A DNA stretch of 64,000 bases from an uncultured delta proteobacterium (GTDB lineage Bacteria > Desulfobacterota > Binatia > DP-6): the NCBI GenBank assembly GCA_963815115.1, contig CAWFFN010000005.1:1568001-1632000 (forward strand), written 5' to 3'. Under the pieces are notes generated by a model that saw only the letters and a list, made by a program, of their open reading frames with translations, had not been told where the DNA came from and ran no database searches. Of this stretch, positions 38,337 to 48,626 are shown piece by piece; within the stretch, counting starts at the first letter, position 1, and every line of letters starts with the position of its first letter. Both the position numbers and the translations under genes were made by a program.

Positions 38337-39815
38337 ATGGAACACATGAAGCGAGTGCCGGGCCGGACGATCGTGCTCGGCCTGGTGGCCGCCCTCGCCT
38401 GGAGCCAGCAGGTGGGCGCCGCCTTCACCGCCGCGGCCAGCACGGCCACGGCCCAGACGAGCAGCGAGAACGCCGGCGGGGCCTGGCAGCACCTGCAGAG
38501 TTCCTATGTCTGCTCGTGCGTCCAGACCTACCGGGACGGCGCCGAGGCCTCGGTGCAGTCCTGCGACGGTACCGCGTCCCAGTGTGCCGACCTCGACGTC
38601 CTCCTCGATTGTCAGGAAGAGCCGACCGGCCCGGACTGCAACTACCTGCTGCGATGCGAGTGCGATTGCACCGCCCTCGCGCAGACGACCGAGTTCGAGC
38701 ACGGTCCGTTCGACGACGTCGTCCTCACCGGCATCCCCGATCTCTGGCAATTCGACTACATGTGCGGCAGCAACCTGGTCAGCGCGAACGCCGTCGGCTG
38801 CGGGCCGGTCTCGGCGGCGATGGTGATGTACTGGTGGGCCCAGCGCGGCTACGGCCGCCTGGTCGACGACTTCCTCGTGGGCGAGGGCTCCGGGCCGGCC
38901 GAGCAGGAGCACGACTGGCAGGCGCTGGTTCGCGACCTGCGCGCGAACTACCTGAACGGCGGCATCTGCGTCCCGTTCGGGGGCGGCCAGTACGCGGTGC
39001 TCATGGGCAAGATGACGAGCGGGCTCCGCGAGTACATCGAGGACGCGGGCTACCACGCCAAGGTCGAGCACTGGAAGGTGTGCGACGATTGCACGGCGGG
39101 AGCCGACGACGAGATCACGGGCGGCACCGCGCTCGGGATCATCAAGGACGAGCTCGAGGCCGGCCGTCCGGTGATCATGGGGTTCAATTCCGGCCGCGCG
39201 TTCGATGTCAGCATCCCGGTGTGGAACGGTTCGGCGTGGGAGACCGTCTACATCGGCGAGCTCTCCAACGGGACACCGGTGGCGGGAACCATCGACCACT
39301 ACGCCGTCATCACCGGGTACCGCCGCCTGGGCGGCCTCGATGTCCTCACCATGAACCTCGGCTGGAACGACGAGACCACCGACCACGACGTGAAATGGAA
39401 TCCTGCCGGCAAGTGGCTTCACCTCTACACGGTCGACATCACCAGCTCGCCCGACGAAACCGAGTGGTGCTCGATCGATCGCGGCGTCGACGAGGACACC
39501 AGCCCGCCGAGGGCGGAGGCGTTCTCGTACCCCTACGTGGAGATATCGCACGTCGAGAGCACGACGCCGTCCGACACCCTCCAGCTCACCCAGCTCGCGG
39601 GTACCGCCTGTGGAATCGCACGCGAGGGTGAGACCGTGAGCTACTACGACACGACGCACGAGGAGGAGAAGTGCCTGGACGGCGGCGACCTCCTCGACGA
39701 GGATGACCTGGCGCTGCCCGACAAGTTCGGCAATGGCGAGGCCGACCCCGATCGCGCCGGTACCGACGTCCAGGGCGGGCCGCCCATCGTCGACCGCCAG
39801 GAGCCTCTCCCCTGA
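38337..39815 (+). CDS. Secreted papain-fold (C39/C10-like) cysteine peptidase with Cys-rich N-domain
   Basis: Signal peptide; GCGPVSAAM (Cys), HYAVITGY (His), MNLGWN (Asn); ELEAGRPVI. Confidence 0.78.
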   Translation: MEHMKRVPGRTIVLGLVAALAWSQQVGAAFTAAASTATAQTSSENAGGAWQHLQSSYVCSCVQTYRDGAEASVQSCDGTASQCADLDVLLDCQEEPTGPDCNYLLRCECDCTALAQTTEFEHGPFDDVVLTGIPDLWQFDYMCGSNLVSANAVGCGPVSAAMVMYWWAQRGYGRLVDDFLVGEGSGPAEQEHDWQALVRDLRANYLNGGICVPFGGGQYAVLMGKMTSGLREYIEDAGYHAKVEHWKVCDDCTAGADDEITGGTALGIIKDELEAGRPVIMGFNSGRAFDVSIPVWNGSAWETVYIGELSNGTPVAGTIDHYAVITGYRRLGGLDVLTMNLGWNDETTDHDVKWNPAGKWLHLYTVDITSSPDETEWCSIDRGVDEDTSPPRAEAFSYPYVEISHVESTTPSDTLQLTQLAGTACGIAREGETVSYYDTTHEEEKCLDGGDLLDEDDLALPDKFGNGEADPDRAGTDVQGGPPIVDRQEPLP

Positions 39816-39826
39816 GCATCCTCACC

Positions 39827-39861
39827 GGAGCGACCCCCGCATGCTCCGCGGGGGTCGCTCC
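39827..39861. terminator. Strong hairpin after the peptidase gene
   Basis: 14-bp perfect stem GGAGCGACCCCCGC / GCGGGGGTCGCTCC with a 7-nt loop; no U-tract. Confidence 0.55.
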
Positions 39862-39960
39862 CGGTCGGGGTGATGCCAGCGTGGCAAAACCGCCCCTCCA
39901 TTCGCTTCCAGTCCGTTCCCGCGCCGTGATAGATCGCCCCCGCCCAGGAGGACGAGCCGG

Positions 39961-41139
39961 ATGGGAGCCGCCGCCGAAGATCGGGTCGCTGGATATCTCG
40001 AGCGCGTGCGGGGACTCGCCCCGCTCGTCCTCGAGCACGCCGACCGCTCGGAACGCGAGCGGCAGCTCTCGCCGGACGTCGTGGAAGCGTTTCACGAGGC
40101 GGGCCTGTTCCGGATCCTCCTCCCCGAGGACATGCGCGGCGGTGGGCTCACCGTGCCGGACAGCTTGCGCGTCTTCGAGGCCGTCGCGCGGCTCGATGCG
40201 TCGGCGGGTTGGAACCTCGCGATCTGTGCGGACGGCCCGCTCTTCGGCCACTTCCTCGCGCGCGACGCGTACGACGCGATCTTCCGGGATCGGCGCGCCA
40301 TCGTCGCCGGCTCGCTCAATCCCATGACCACGCGCGTGACCCGGTGTGAGGGCGGCTGGCGGTTCACCGGCAAGGCGACCTACGTCAGCGGCTCGGCCCA
40401 GGCGAGCTGGTTGATGGCCGCGGGGTTGGTGATGCGCGACGGCAGTCCGGAGATCGTCGACGGTGTGCCGAGCTTGCGCGCCGGCCTGTTCCCGATCCGC
40501 CAGTGTCGCATCCTGGACACCTGGTCGGTGTCGGGAATGCGCGCCACGGGCAGCAACGACTGCGTGTTCGAGGACGTCGTCGTCCCTGCGGCCTTCACGT
40601 ACGATTGGCCGCATCCGCGCCCGACCTGGCAGCGTGGCGCGCTCGCCACCATCCCGCTCGTCACCCAGCTCGGTGGCGCGCTGTCCTCCGTCGCGCTCGG
40701 CGCAGCGCGCCACGCGATCGACGCGATGATCGAGGTCGCGGCGGTGAAGGTCTCCATCGAGACGCGGGCTCCGCTGCGCGAGCGCTCGTTGTTCCAGCTC
40801 CAGCTCGGCCAGGCCGAGGGGTTGCTCCGGGCAGCTCGCGCCTATCTCTACGAGTCCGCCGACGAGGTCTGGCGAAGAGGCGAAGCGGGCGTGCCCTTCG
40901 ACGCGCCGGCGCAGGCGTCGGCGCGACTCGCCTCGGTCACCGCCGTGAAGCTCGCCGCCCAGGCCGTCGATCTCATGCACGACGCGGCCGGCATGAGCGC
41001 CGTGCAGACCTCGTCCGCCCTCGAGCGCTCCTGGCGCGACGTGCATACCATCACCCAGCACGTGATCCTCTCCGCGGGACGCTACGAGGTGATCGGCCGT
41101 GTGCTCCTCGGGCTGCCGCCGGGTGCGCCCCTCATCTGA
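39961..41139 (+). CDS. Acyl-CoA dehydrogenase-fold flavin-dependent monooxygenase (HsaA/C2-like)
   Basis: DTWSVSGMRATGS, LERSWRDVH motifs. Confidence 0.87.
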   Translation: MGAAAEDRVAGYLERVRGLAPLVLEHADRSERERQLSPDVVEAFHEAGLFRILLPEDMRGGGLTVPDSLRVFEAVARLDASAGWNLAICADGPLFGHFLARDAYDAIFRDRRAIVAGSLNPMTTRVTRCEGGWRFTGKATYVSGSAQASWLMAAGLVMRDGSPEIVDGVPSLRAGLFPIRQCRILDTWSVSGMRATGSNDCVFEDVVVPAAFTYDWPHPRPTWQRGALATIPLVTQLGGALSSVALGAARHAIDAMIEVAAVKVSIETRAPLRERSLFQLQLGQAEGLLRAARAYLYESADEVWRRGEAGVPFDAPAQASARLASVTAVKLAAQAVDLMHDAAGMSAVQTSSALERSWRDVHTITQHVILSAGRYEVIGRVLLGLPPGAPLI

Positions 41140-41207
41140 CAGGGATGCCAGGAGGCGTCTCGTCGGACGCCCCCCGAGCATCAGCCGGTAGGACGCCATC
41201 ACGACGG

Positions 41208-42368
41208 CTAGGGCGCCGCCGCGCCTCCGCGCCGCGCCGCGGTCACCTCGGGATTCTCCGCGGCCAGGACCTTCCGCAGGAAGCAGTGCGCGGCGCGTGA
41301 CTTCTGGAGCTGCTCCTGGAAGAACGCCGTCCCGGCGGCCTGGGTGAGGTCATGCTGCCGGCTCGCGGGCATCGGGGGATTGGAGGGCACGGGACCCTTG
41401 CACGGCAGGTCGCAGCCGCTCGTGTCCGTTCCGGCGGCGGCGGGGCCGAACGCCGCGATGAGGTCGTCGACCTGCTGCTGGGTGATGCTGGCGACGAAGG
41501 CACAGCCGAGCGCGGCGTCGTAGCTGACGGTCGAGTCGACGGAGACGAGCCCGGAGAAGGCCGTGTGCGTCGCATGCGCGAGCGTGATCAGCGTGCGCGG
41601 CATACGGGCGCGCATGAAGTTGCGTCCAGCGTTCTGGTCGATGGGGGTGATGAGATCCTGGTCGCCGTCGATCAGGAGGAGCGGCGGCTTCGGCGCGAGC
41701 GTCTTGCGCTTCAGCTCGCAGGACGCCGGCGCCATCGCGAATACCGCCCGGATGCGGCGATCCCGGAGCACGGGGTTGTACGAGACGAGCAGCGTCGTGA
41801 GGCCGCCGAGCGACAGGCCCTGCGCGCCGATGCGCTCGTGGTCGATGCCGCCGGCGAGCCAGCCGCCGCCGTCGGAGAGCGCCAGCATCTGGTCGATCAC
41901 GAAGCGAACGTCGGCCGGCTGATTGGCGGCGTCGACGAGGTCGGGGCCGCCCGGCGTCGTGAGGTTGGTGAGCGGGAAGGTCGGCGCCGCCACCACGAAG
42001 CCGCGTCGCGCGAGCGCGATCGCAAGGTAGGCCTCGCCGACGTTCAGCTCGCCGTACCCGTGGCTGCTGGCGACGAAGGGAAACGGGCCGCCGCTGGCGA
42101 GCGGGGCGTCGGGGACCGGCGCGGCGCCCGCCGGGCCCTCGGCCGGATACCACACCTGCGTGGGAAGGGTGCGCGAGGGCAGGGCGGGCAAGCCCGCGTG
42201 CGCCGGCGTTTCACGGCTCGAGTCGGCGAAGGTCAGCGAGCGGACGCCGACCGCGTGGGGACCCGGCGCGAGGAAGGCGGCGGTGGTGGCGTCCGCAGGA
42301 CACCCGGCGAACGCGGAGAGCGACGAGACGAGACCGACGGCGAGGAAGACGGCGAGGAGACGGATCAT
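41208..42368 (-). CDS. Secreted alpha/beta hydrolase
   Basis: Signal peptide, SHG, nucleophile elbow GLSLGG, GDQD, ATH. Confidence 0.85.
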   Translation of the reverse strand: MIRLLAVFLAVGLVSSLSAFAGCPADATTAAFLAPGPHAVGVRSLTFADSSRETPAHAGLPALPSRTLPTQVWYPAEGPAGAAPVPDAPLASGGPFPFVASSHGYGELNVGEAYLAIALARRGFVVAAPTFPLTNLTTPGGPDLVDAANQPADVRFVIDQMLALSDGGGWLAGGIDHERIGAQGLSLGGLTTLLVSYNPVLRDRRIRAVFAMAPASCELKRKTLAPKPPLLLIDGDQDLITPIDQNAGRNFMRARMPRTLITLAHATHTAFSGLVSVDSTVSYDAALGCAFVASITQQQVDDLIAAFGPAAAGTDTSGCDLPCKGPVPSNPPMPASRQHDLTQAAGTAFFQEQLQKSRAAHCFLRKVLAAENPEVTAARRGGAAAP

Positions 42369-42427
42369 GGTACGGAAGTTCTGACCCGACATCGGGTCCG
42401 GGTGCAAGAATCACGGGCCAAGGAGGT

Positions 42428-44089
42428 TCAATCGAGCCGTGCGGCGTTCCCTGCCCGTGCGAACTGCTCGCGCAGCGCCGCCAGGTCGTGCGCGGTGAAG
42501 GGTCGGTAGTGCGCAGCGCCCCGAGGACGCCACCAGAGGGCATCGGCGGCGGCGCTGCGGACGAAGCCGTCCCGTTGCAGCGCGCGCTTCTGCACCTTGT
42601 TGGTCTCGGAGCGCGTGAGCTCCGGGGTGACACGCACGTAGGTCGGCGTCCACTTGGGTGACAGGTCCGGCTGCAGCGCGAGGAACCCGGCAAACCGCTC
42701 CGGGTCGAATCGCGCGCCGGTGCGCAGCTCGAGCGCGGCCATGACGCGGTCGCCGGCCTCGGCGTCGGGTACGCCGTACACGGCGGCCAGGACGACGTCG
42801 GGATGGCGTTGCAGGATCGCCTCCACCGGCCGCGCCAGGAAGTTCTCGCCGTCGACGCGCAGCCACTCGACGTCGCGCCCGGCAAAGTAGACGTAGCCCT
42901 GCGCGTCGCGATAGCCCAGGTCGCCGGTGTGGAAGCGGCCGCCGCGCGTGCGCGACGCGGTGGCGTCGGGGTTCTTGTAGTAGCCCTCGAAGAGTCCGGT
43001 GCCGGCGGTGTTGACGATCTCGCCGATGGCTTCCTCGGGGTTCGCGAGACGGCCGTGCTCGTCGAAGCGGGCAGCCGGGCGGGGAACACCGGCCTCGTCG
43101 AGGATCTCGACGCCCGGTCCGGCGAGCCCGAGCGCGCCGGGCGGGTCGCCGTCGGTCCGCGTGAAGGAGACGCCGACCTCGCTCGCGCCGTAGCCGTCGA
43201 CCACGCGACAGCCGAAGCGGCGTGCGAAGCCGTCCAGGTACTGTCGTGGGGCCTCGTTGCCGTAAGCGAGTCGCAGCGGGTTGTCGGCGTCGTCGGGGCG
43301 TTCCGGCGTCGCCATGATGTAGGCGAACGGACTGCCGACGTAGGGGAAGAGCGTGCAACCGTCTCGCCGCACCTCGGGAAGGAAGCCCGATGCCGAGAAG
43401 CGCCGCCCGAGCACCAGCTGGCAGCCCGCCGCGAGCGCCACGCCGAGTCCCAGAATCTGCGCGTTGGCATGGAAGAGCGGCATCACGCAGTAGACGACGT
43501 CGTCGGCCGTCGCCTGGCACATGGTGAAGACGGCGCCGTGCGCCATGAGCGCGAGCTTCCCGTGGCTCCGTTGCACCGCCTTGGGACCGGCCGTGGTGCC
43601 CGACGTGAAGACGAGCAGCGCGAGGCCATCGGGATCGGCCGGCGCGCCGGGGTCGTCGGCGGGCTGCGTCGCGAGCGCCCCGGCGAGCGACGCCTCCGCG
43701 ACCAGCACGTCCGTGGTCGTCCCGGGCACCGCCAGCGCGTCGGTGAGCTGCGCGGCGAAGCGGGCCTCGGTGATCACGAGCTGGCAGTCCGCATGCGTGA
43801 TGTCGCGCGCGAGCGGCTCGCCGCGGCGGGTGGGATTGAGGCCCACGATGACTGCCCCGCACAGGCCCGCTGCCAGCTCGGCGAAGACGAACTCGGGGCG
43901 GTTCTCGAGCAGCAGCCCGACGTGGAACGGACGCGTCGGGTCGCGGCGGGCCAGGAAGAGCCGGGCGTAGCGTGCCGCCTCGGCGAGGGTCTCCGCGAAC
44001 GTCCACCCCGCTCCCTCGAAGCGGAGGAATGGACGTCCCCCTGCCGCCGGATCGCTGGCGTGCCCGCGCAGCAGGTCGGCGTACGACAT
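42428..44089 (-). CDS. Acyl-CoA synthetase (FadD17/FadD1-like)
   Basis: FTSGTTAGPK, YGASE, FEGYY, TGDLG, RVDGEN. Confidence 0.92.
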   Translation of the reverse strand: MSYADLLRGHASDPAAGGRPFLRFEGAGWTFAETLAEAARYARLFLARRDPTRPFHVGLLLENRPEFVFAELAAGLCGAVIVGLNPTRRGEPLARDITHADCQLVITEARFAAQLTDALAVPGTTTDVLVAEASLAGALATQPADDPGAPADPDGLALLVFTSGTTAGPKAVQRSHGKLALMAHGAVFTMCQATADDVVYCVMPLFHANAQILGLGVALAAGCQLVLGRRFSASGFLPEVRRDGCTLFPYVGSPFAYIMATPERPDDADNPLRLAYGNEAPRQYLDGFARRFGCRVVDGYGASEVGVSFTRTDGDPPGALGLAGPGVEILDEAGVPRPAARFDEHGRLANPEEAIGEIVNTAGTGLFEGYYKNPDATASRTRGGRFHTGDLGYRDAQGYVYFAGRDVEWLRVDGENFLARPVEAILQRHPDVVLAAVYGVPDAEAGDRVMAALELRTGARFDPERFAGFLALQPDLSPKWTPTYVRVTPELTRSETNKVQKRALQRDGFVRSAAADALWWRPRGAAHYRPFTAHDLAALREQFARAGNAARLD

Positions 44090-44179
44090 CGCGCAGCGTT
44101 CTGAGCACGCCGGCGGCGAAGGTCGCAAGTCGCGCGGCACGTTCCGGCGCCGGCCGCCGTCGTGATACGGCTCTCCGCG

Positions 44180-44905
44180 ATGCTCTATCTGGGAGCCATC
44201 CTCGCAGGGATGGCCGGCGCCGTGGCCGGGTGGCTCGTCACCGGTGCGCTGGCGGGGTGGATCGCCGGTCTCTACGGGATGAGCGACTTCGAGGGCGCCC
44301 GGGGCATGTTCGCCTTCCTGTTCGTCGGACCGATCGGCGGACTGCTCTTCATGATCCTCGCGGTCTGGGGCGTCCTGCGCGTCGGACAGGGGAGGGCGCG
44401 GCTCGGCCCGACGCTCGGCCGCCTCGGGCTCGTCGTCGCCGCCATCGCGGCCCTCGTGGGCGCGGGGATCGGGCTACGCCTCCTCACCATCGATACCTAC
44501 TCCAACGAAGCGCCACCCACGCTGGAGTTCGAGATCCGGGTGCCGGCGAGCATGCATCTGCCCGGGCGCTCGGCGGTGCGCGTCGAGCTGCACACCGACA
44601 AGAACGTCGGTGACAGCTACTTCTCCGACCCGTGGCTGCGGACCGCGGGCGAGCACCAGGTGATCGCGGGCGGCGTGCCGCTCACGCTGAAGACCTCCTC
44701 ACGGTTGCTCGTGGTGTCCCTGCCGGACCAGCCGACGCGGCTCTTCAAGCTCGCGTTGTCCCGGAATCCGGGCTCGACGCCCGCGTTCGGGGAGTGGCAC
44801 GGGCCGGACTTCGTCGACGCCCCGGGATCCGATCGGCCGCGCGCGGCACCCGCGGACGACCCGGTGCAGCTTCGCCATCGCGTCCTTCGAGCCGGCGAGG
44901 ACTGA
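44180..44905 (+). CDS. Membrane protein (3 TM) with soluble C-terminal domain
   Basis: Hydrophobic N-terminal segments and coding-like codon bias; alternative GTG start at 44162. Confidence 0.7.
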   Translation: MLYLGAILAGMAGAVAGWLVTGALAGWIAGLYGMSDFEGARGMFAFLFVGPIGGLLFMILAVWGVLRVGQGRARLGPTLGRLGLVVAAIAALVGAGIGLRLLTIDTYSNEAPPTLEFEIRVPASMHLPGRSAVRVELHTDKNVGDSYFSDPWLRTAGEHQVIAGGVPLTLKTSSRLLVVSLPDQPTRLFKLALSRNPGSTPAFGEWHGPDFVDAPGSDRPRAAPADDPVQLRHRVLRAGED

Positions 44906-44917
44906 GCGAATCGGTCG

Positions 44918-47900
44918 CTAGCCGTCCGACCCGAACTCGACGTCCCACTGGACGGGCGTCGCCGGTGCGTAGACGCAGATCGTTCCCATGCGGACCGCGT
45001 CGCGGAGATGCCGGCCGAGGGCGGGGTGGACGTCGAGCAGCTTGCCGATCTGCGTGCGGAGCACCTTCGTCACGGCCTTCCGTGCCGTCTCCGCCGGACC
45101 ATGGTGCGCGGGCCGCGCACCGAAGCGCCGCGCGAGCTGGGCCGTCAGCTGGTCCGCCTCGACACGCAGCCGCTCGGCGCGCCCGATGTCGGCGAACCGC
45201 TCGGCCTCCTCGAGCTCGGCTCGCAGGTCGGCGAGCCGCGCGCGGTACTCGCGGCGGGCTCGGTGATCGGCGCCGTCATCCAGCGCGCCTCCCCGTGTCC
45301 CGATCGAGAGTCCGTGCGCCGTGGCCGTCGGGGTGGGCGGCGCCGCCATCGCGACGAACTCCAGCACGTGCAGCTCGCGCTCGGGCGCGGCGAGCAGTGT
45401 CGCCAGGTAGCGCGGGCCCTTGCCGTCCTTCAGCTGGAGGTCCCGGCCGTCGTAGCGCACCGTCCAGACGTCTCCGTCGCGGCGGAACGCGTTGGTGGAG
45501 TGGTGGTCGTGCCGTTCGACGAGCGCTCCCTGCAGCCGCTCGACCCGGGTCGTGACGTCGACCAGCCCCAGCTCCTGGGCGCACTGCGCCGCCTCCGCGA
45601 GCATCGCCGCGATCCGCTCGCGTTCGTCCGCCTGCGGGTGCAACGAGAGACGCACGCCGGCGAGCAGGCTCTGTGCCCGGGCCACGATCGGCCGCGCGGC
45701 CATGCGCCGGCCGACCCGGATCGCGGCCTCGAAATGTCGGACCGCGTCCTCCGGCCGATCGCACAGCCGGCCGAGCTCGCCGAGGACCAGGGCCCACGGC
45801 CCCAGGGTCTGGCACCCGTCGACGCTCCACACGTCGTTTCGCTGGACGACGCGTTCGTAGAGCATCGGCGCGTGCTCGCGATCGCGCAGCGCGATGCACA
45901 GCGCGGCGAGGCCCGCGAGGTAGCACCGTGCCATCACGCCGTGCTCGGCGGGGGCGAGCCCACTCGCCAGGAGGCCGTGAAACTCGGCGCGGGCGGCGAC
46001 GGTATCGCCTTGCGCCAGCCGGGCGAGCGCCCGGAATGGCCGCCATCCGGGGCCGCCCGGGTGCGAGTCGACGAAGGCTTCGATCTCGGGTGCGATCTCC
46101 GCCAGCCGGCCCTGGAACGCATGCCACATGATGCGCTGGCCCGCATACACGCCGGCGGTGTTGGGGAGATGCATGCGGCTTCCGGTGGCGAGGGCACGTT
46201 CCATCGATTCCCGCGCGTCGCCGAACCGCCCCTGCACCGTGGCGCGGAGCGCCGCGAGCGCGTCCGCCAGCCAGAGCGCCTCGGGAACGCGCGACGCGGC
46301 CCCGGCGGTGGCCAGGCCGTCGACCTCGCTCGAGAAGGCCTCGGGCTCGCCGATCGCGAGGAGGATCATGACCCGCATGTACCGGATCGCGGCGGCGCAC
46401 TCGTGCTCGCCGGCCGCCTCCGCGATCTCGAGGATCTCCTGGGAGCTGGGCACGGTGCCACCCGCATCGGCCGGGCACATGCCCATTGCCGCGGCGTAGT
46501 AGATCCCCGCGAGGGCGATGGAGAGCGGGCCGTTGGCGCCCGCGCGTCGCGCCGCGGCCGCCGCATCCTCGCACAGGGCCAGGACGCGCGCGCCCTGGGC
46601 GAGCTCGTTGGCCGCGATGAGATCGCCGGCGAGGCGGGCGTGGAGTCGCGCCCTGAGCGCATCGTCGAGCGCCAGGCTCGCCCGGCTGGCTTCCTCGAGA
46701 ACCGCCCGCACGGCGGGCTCGACCCGCCCCCATTCCGGGATCGGTCCGGCATGGATCAACGCCGCTCGCGCGAGCACTTCGGAATCGGCCGTCCGGCGAG
46801 CTGCCGCCATGATCTCGTCGCAGCGCGCGCGCGCTGCGGGAATCTGGCCCGCGCCGCGCAACGCGCGCGCCAGAGCCAGTCGCAGCTCGATCGCGCGGCT
46901 CGAGTCGAGCAGACCCGAGCGCGCGCCCACGTCGAGCGCGATCTCGTAGAGCCGCACGGCTTCCTCCCAGCCCAGTCCGCGCTCGGCTTGCTCGCCGCCC
47001 TGGCAGGCATGGTCGAACGCCCTGCGCAGCGCCTCGGGGGTGCCGGCGGAGGCGAGGTGCCGGACGAGCTCCGTCGTCACCACGTCCGAGGCCGTTGCGC
47101 GTCGTTCGAGCACGGCGGCGATGCGAGCGTGCCAGATGCTGCGCGTCGAGGGCGGGAGCTCGTCGACCAGGACCCGTCGGATGAGGGCGTGCGCGAACCC
47201 GTACTGTCCTGCCCGCCCCTCCTCTGCGACCAGGATCCGGTCGCGCACGGCGCGCTCGAGGTGGTCGGCCAGGGGTGCGTCGCCGAGAACGTCGGCCAGC
47301 ATTCCCGCATCGACGGTGTCACCGAGGAGCGCCGCGACGGCGAGCGGGGTGCGACACTCGTTGCCGAGCCGGTCCAGCCGGCGTGCGATCACCTCGTGCA
47401 CACCGTGCGGGACGCGTTGCGTATCCCAGCCCGTTCCCGGATCGGTCTCGGCTGCCAGGAGGCGGACGATCTCGCCCACGAAGAATGGATTGCCGTTCGT
47501 CTCGCGGTGGAGCGCTTCTCCGAGCGCCCTGGCGTCGCCGCGTGCCTCCGCCAGGGCGATCCAGCGCGCGCAGTGAGCGGCCGATAGCCCGCCGAGCATG
47601 ATCCTGCGGGTCGCGGGCTCGCGTGCCAGCCGCGACAGCGTGGCAAAGGACGGATGGCCCCGTTGCAGCTCGGTATCGCGGTAGGTGGCGACCACGAGGA
47701 GAGGCATGTCGCTCAGGTCGGTCGCGATGAACTCGAGCAGCTTGAGCGAGGGGCGGTCCACCCAGTGGATGTCGTCCAGCACGACCACCAGGCCTGCCGG
47801 CCTGGCGACGGCGCCGAGAAAGCGGCTCGCGATGTCGAACAGACGAAAGCGCGCGCCGTCCAGATCCCAGCTCTCACGCGGCGGGAGATCGGGCGTGCGA

Positions 47901-48493
47901 TCGCGCAGGACCGGGAAGACGTGAGCCAGGTCGTCCCGCCAGGGACCGGCAGCGGCTGCGACGACCTCGTCGCCGACCCGGTTCATCCAGCGCCGGAGCG
48001 CCGAGTTCCACGTCCAGAAGGCCGGCGCCGAGCCGTCCTCCCAGCCACGTCCCCACCACACCGGCACGTCGCGCGACATGGCCTCGTCGGCCAGCGCACT
48101 CGCCAGGCAGGTCTTGCCGATCCCCGGCTCTCCGCCGAGCAGCACGACGCACCCGCTTCCGTCGAGGGCAGCGTCGAGGGCGGCACGCAGCTCCGCGAGC
48201 TCGTGATCCCGGCCGATGAGCGGGACGGTCGGGCCGAGCGTTCGAGGGCAGCTCGGCGGCTCGCACTGTCCGGCCACCTCGGTCGCCGGGCCCCTCCCCG
48301 GCACCAGCGCGCCGTTTTCCGCGGCCACCTGCCGCAGCTGGAGCGCCCGGTCGTGTGGCAGGGGTCGGAGCAGCCGAATCCGCGCGGCACCGTCGCCGCG
48401 ATCCGTGTTCCCGGCGAGCGAGCCGGCGTCGTCGCCGGTGTCGTCCGGGCCGGGTTGGTCGCAACGCTCCGCGATCTCGATGGTTTGTCGCAA
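44918..48493 (-). CDS. Large STAND/AAA_16 ATPase with helical repeats, putative transcriptional regulator
   Basis: LIGRDHEL, Walker A GEPGIGKT, Walker B VVLDDIHW, TNGNPFFV; C-terminal FRRDGDVW...ETARKAVT. Start uncertain. Confidence 0.85.
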   Translation of the reverse strand: MRQTIEIAERCDQPGPDDTGDDAGSLAGNTDRGDGAARIRLLRPLPHDRALQLRQVAAENGALVPGRGPATEVAGQCEPPSCPRTLGPTVPLIGRDHELAELRAALDAALDGSGCVVLLGGEPGIGKTCLASALADEAMSRDVPVWWGRGWEDGSAPAFWTWNSALRRWMNRVGDEVVAAAAGPWRDDLAHVFPVLRDRTPDLPPRESWDLDGARFRLFDIASRFLGAVARPAGLVVVLDDIHWVDRPSLKLLEFIATDLSDMPLLVVATYRDTELQRGHPSFATLSRLAREPATRRIMLGGLSAAHCARWIALAEARGDARALGEALHRETNGNPFFVGEIVRLLAAETDPGTGWDTQRVPHGVHEVIARRLDRLGNECRTPLAVAALLGDTVDAGMLADVLGDAPLADHLERAVRDRILVAEEGRAGQYGFAHALIRRVLVDELPPSTRSIWHARIAAVLERRATASDVVTTELVRHLASAGTPEALRRAFDHACQGGEQAERGLGWEEAVRLYEIALDVGARSGLLDSSRAIELRLALARALRGAGQIPAARARCDEIMAAARRTADSEVLARAALIHAGPIPEWGRVEPAVRAVLEEASRASLALDDALRARLHARLAGDLIAANELAQGARVLALCEDAAAAARRAGANGPLSIALAGIYYAAAMGMCPADAGGTVPSSQEILEIAEAAGEHECAAAIRYMRVMILLAIGEPEAFSSEVDGLATAGAASRVPEALWLADALAALRATVQGRFGDARESMERALATGSRMHLPNTAGVYAGQRIMWHAFQGRLAEIAPEIEAFVDSHPGGPGWRPFRALARLAQGDTVAARAEFHGLLASGLAPAEHGVMARCYLAGLAALCIALRDREHAPMLYERVVQRNDVWSVDGCQTLGPWALVLGELGRLCDRPEDAVRHFEAAIRVGRRMAARPIVARAQSLLAGVRLSLHPQADERERIAAMLAEAAQCAQELGLVDVTTRVERLQGALVERHDHHSTNAFRRDGDVWTVRYDGRDLQLKDGKGPRYLATLLAAPERELHVLEFVAMAAPPTPTATAHGLSIGTRGGALDDGADHRARREYRARLADLRAELEEAERFADIGRAERLRVEADQLTAQLARRFGARPAHHGPAETARKAVTKVLRTQIGKLLDVHPALGRHLRDAVRMGTICVYAPATPVQWDVEFGSDG

Positions 48494-48626
48494 TCACACC
48501 TCGGGAGTCGCTCGCGTTCCGTCCGCGCCGGCGACTGCTGAGAGGACGAGCTGATGGCCCGACTCTATTGCAGCTTGGTGGGACGATGCCCGCCGCCGGC
48601 GACGCGGGCCCGAGCGCCCGGCGCCG

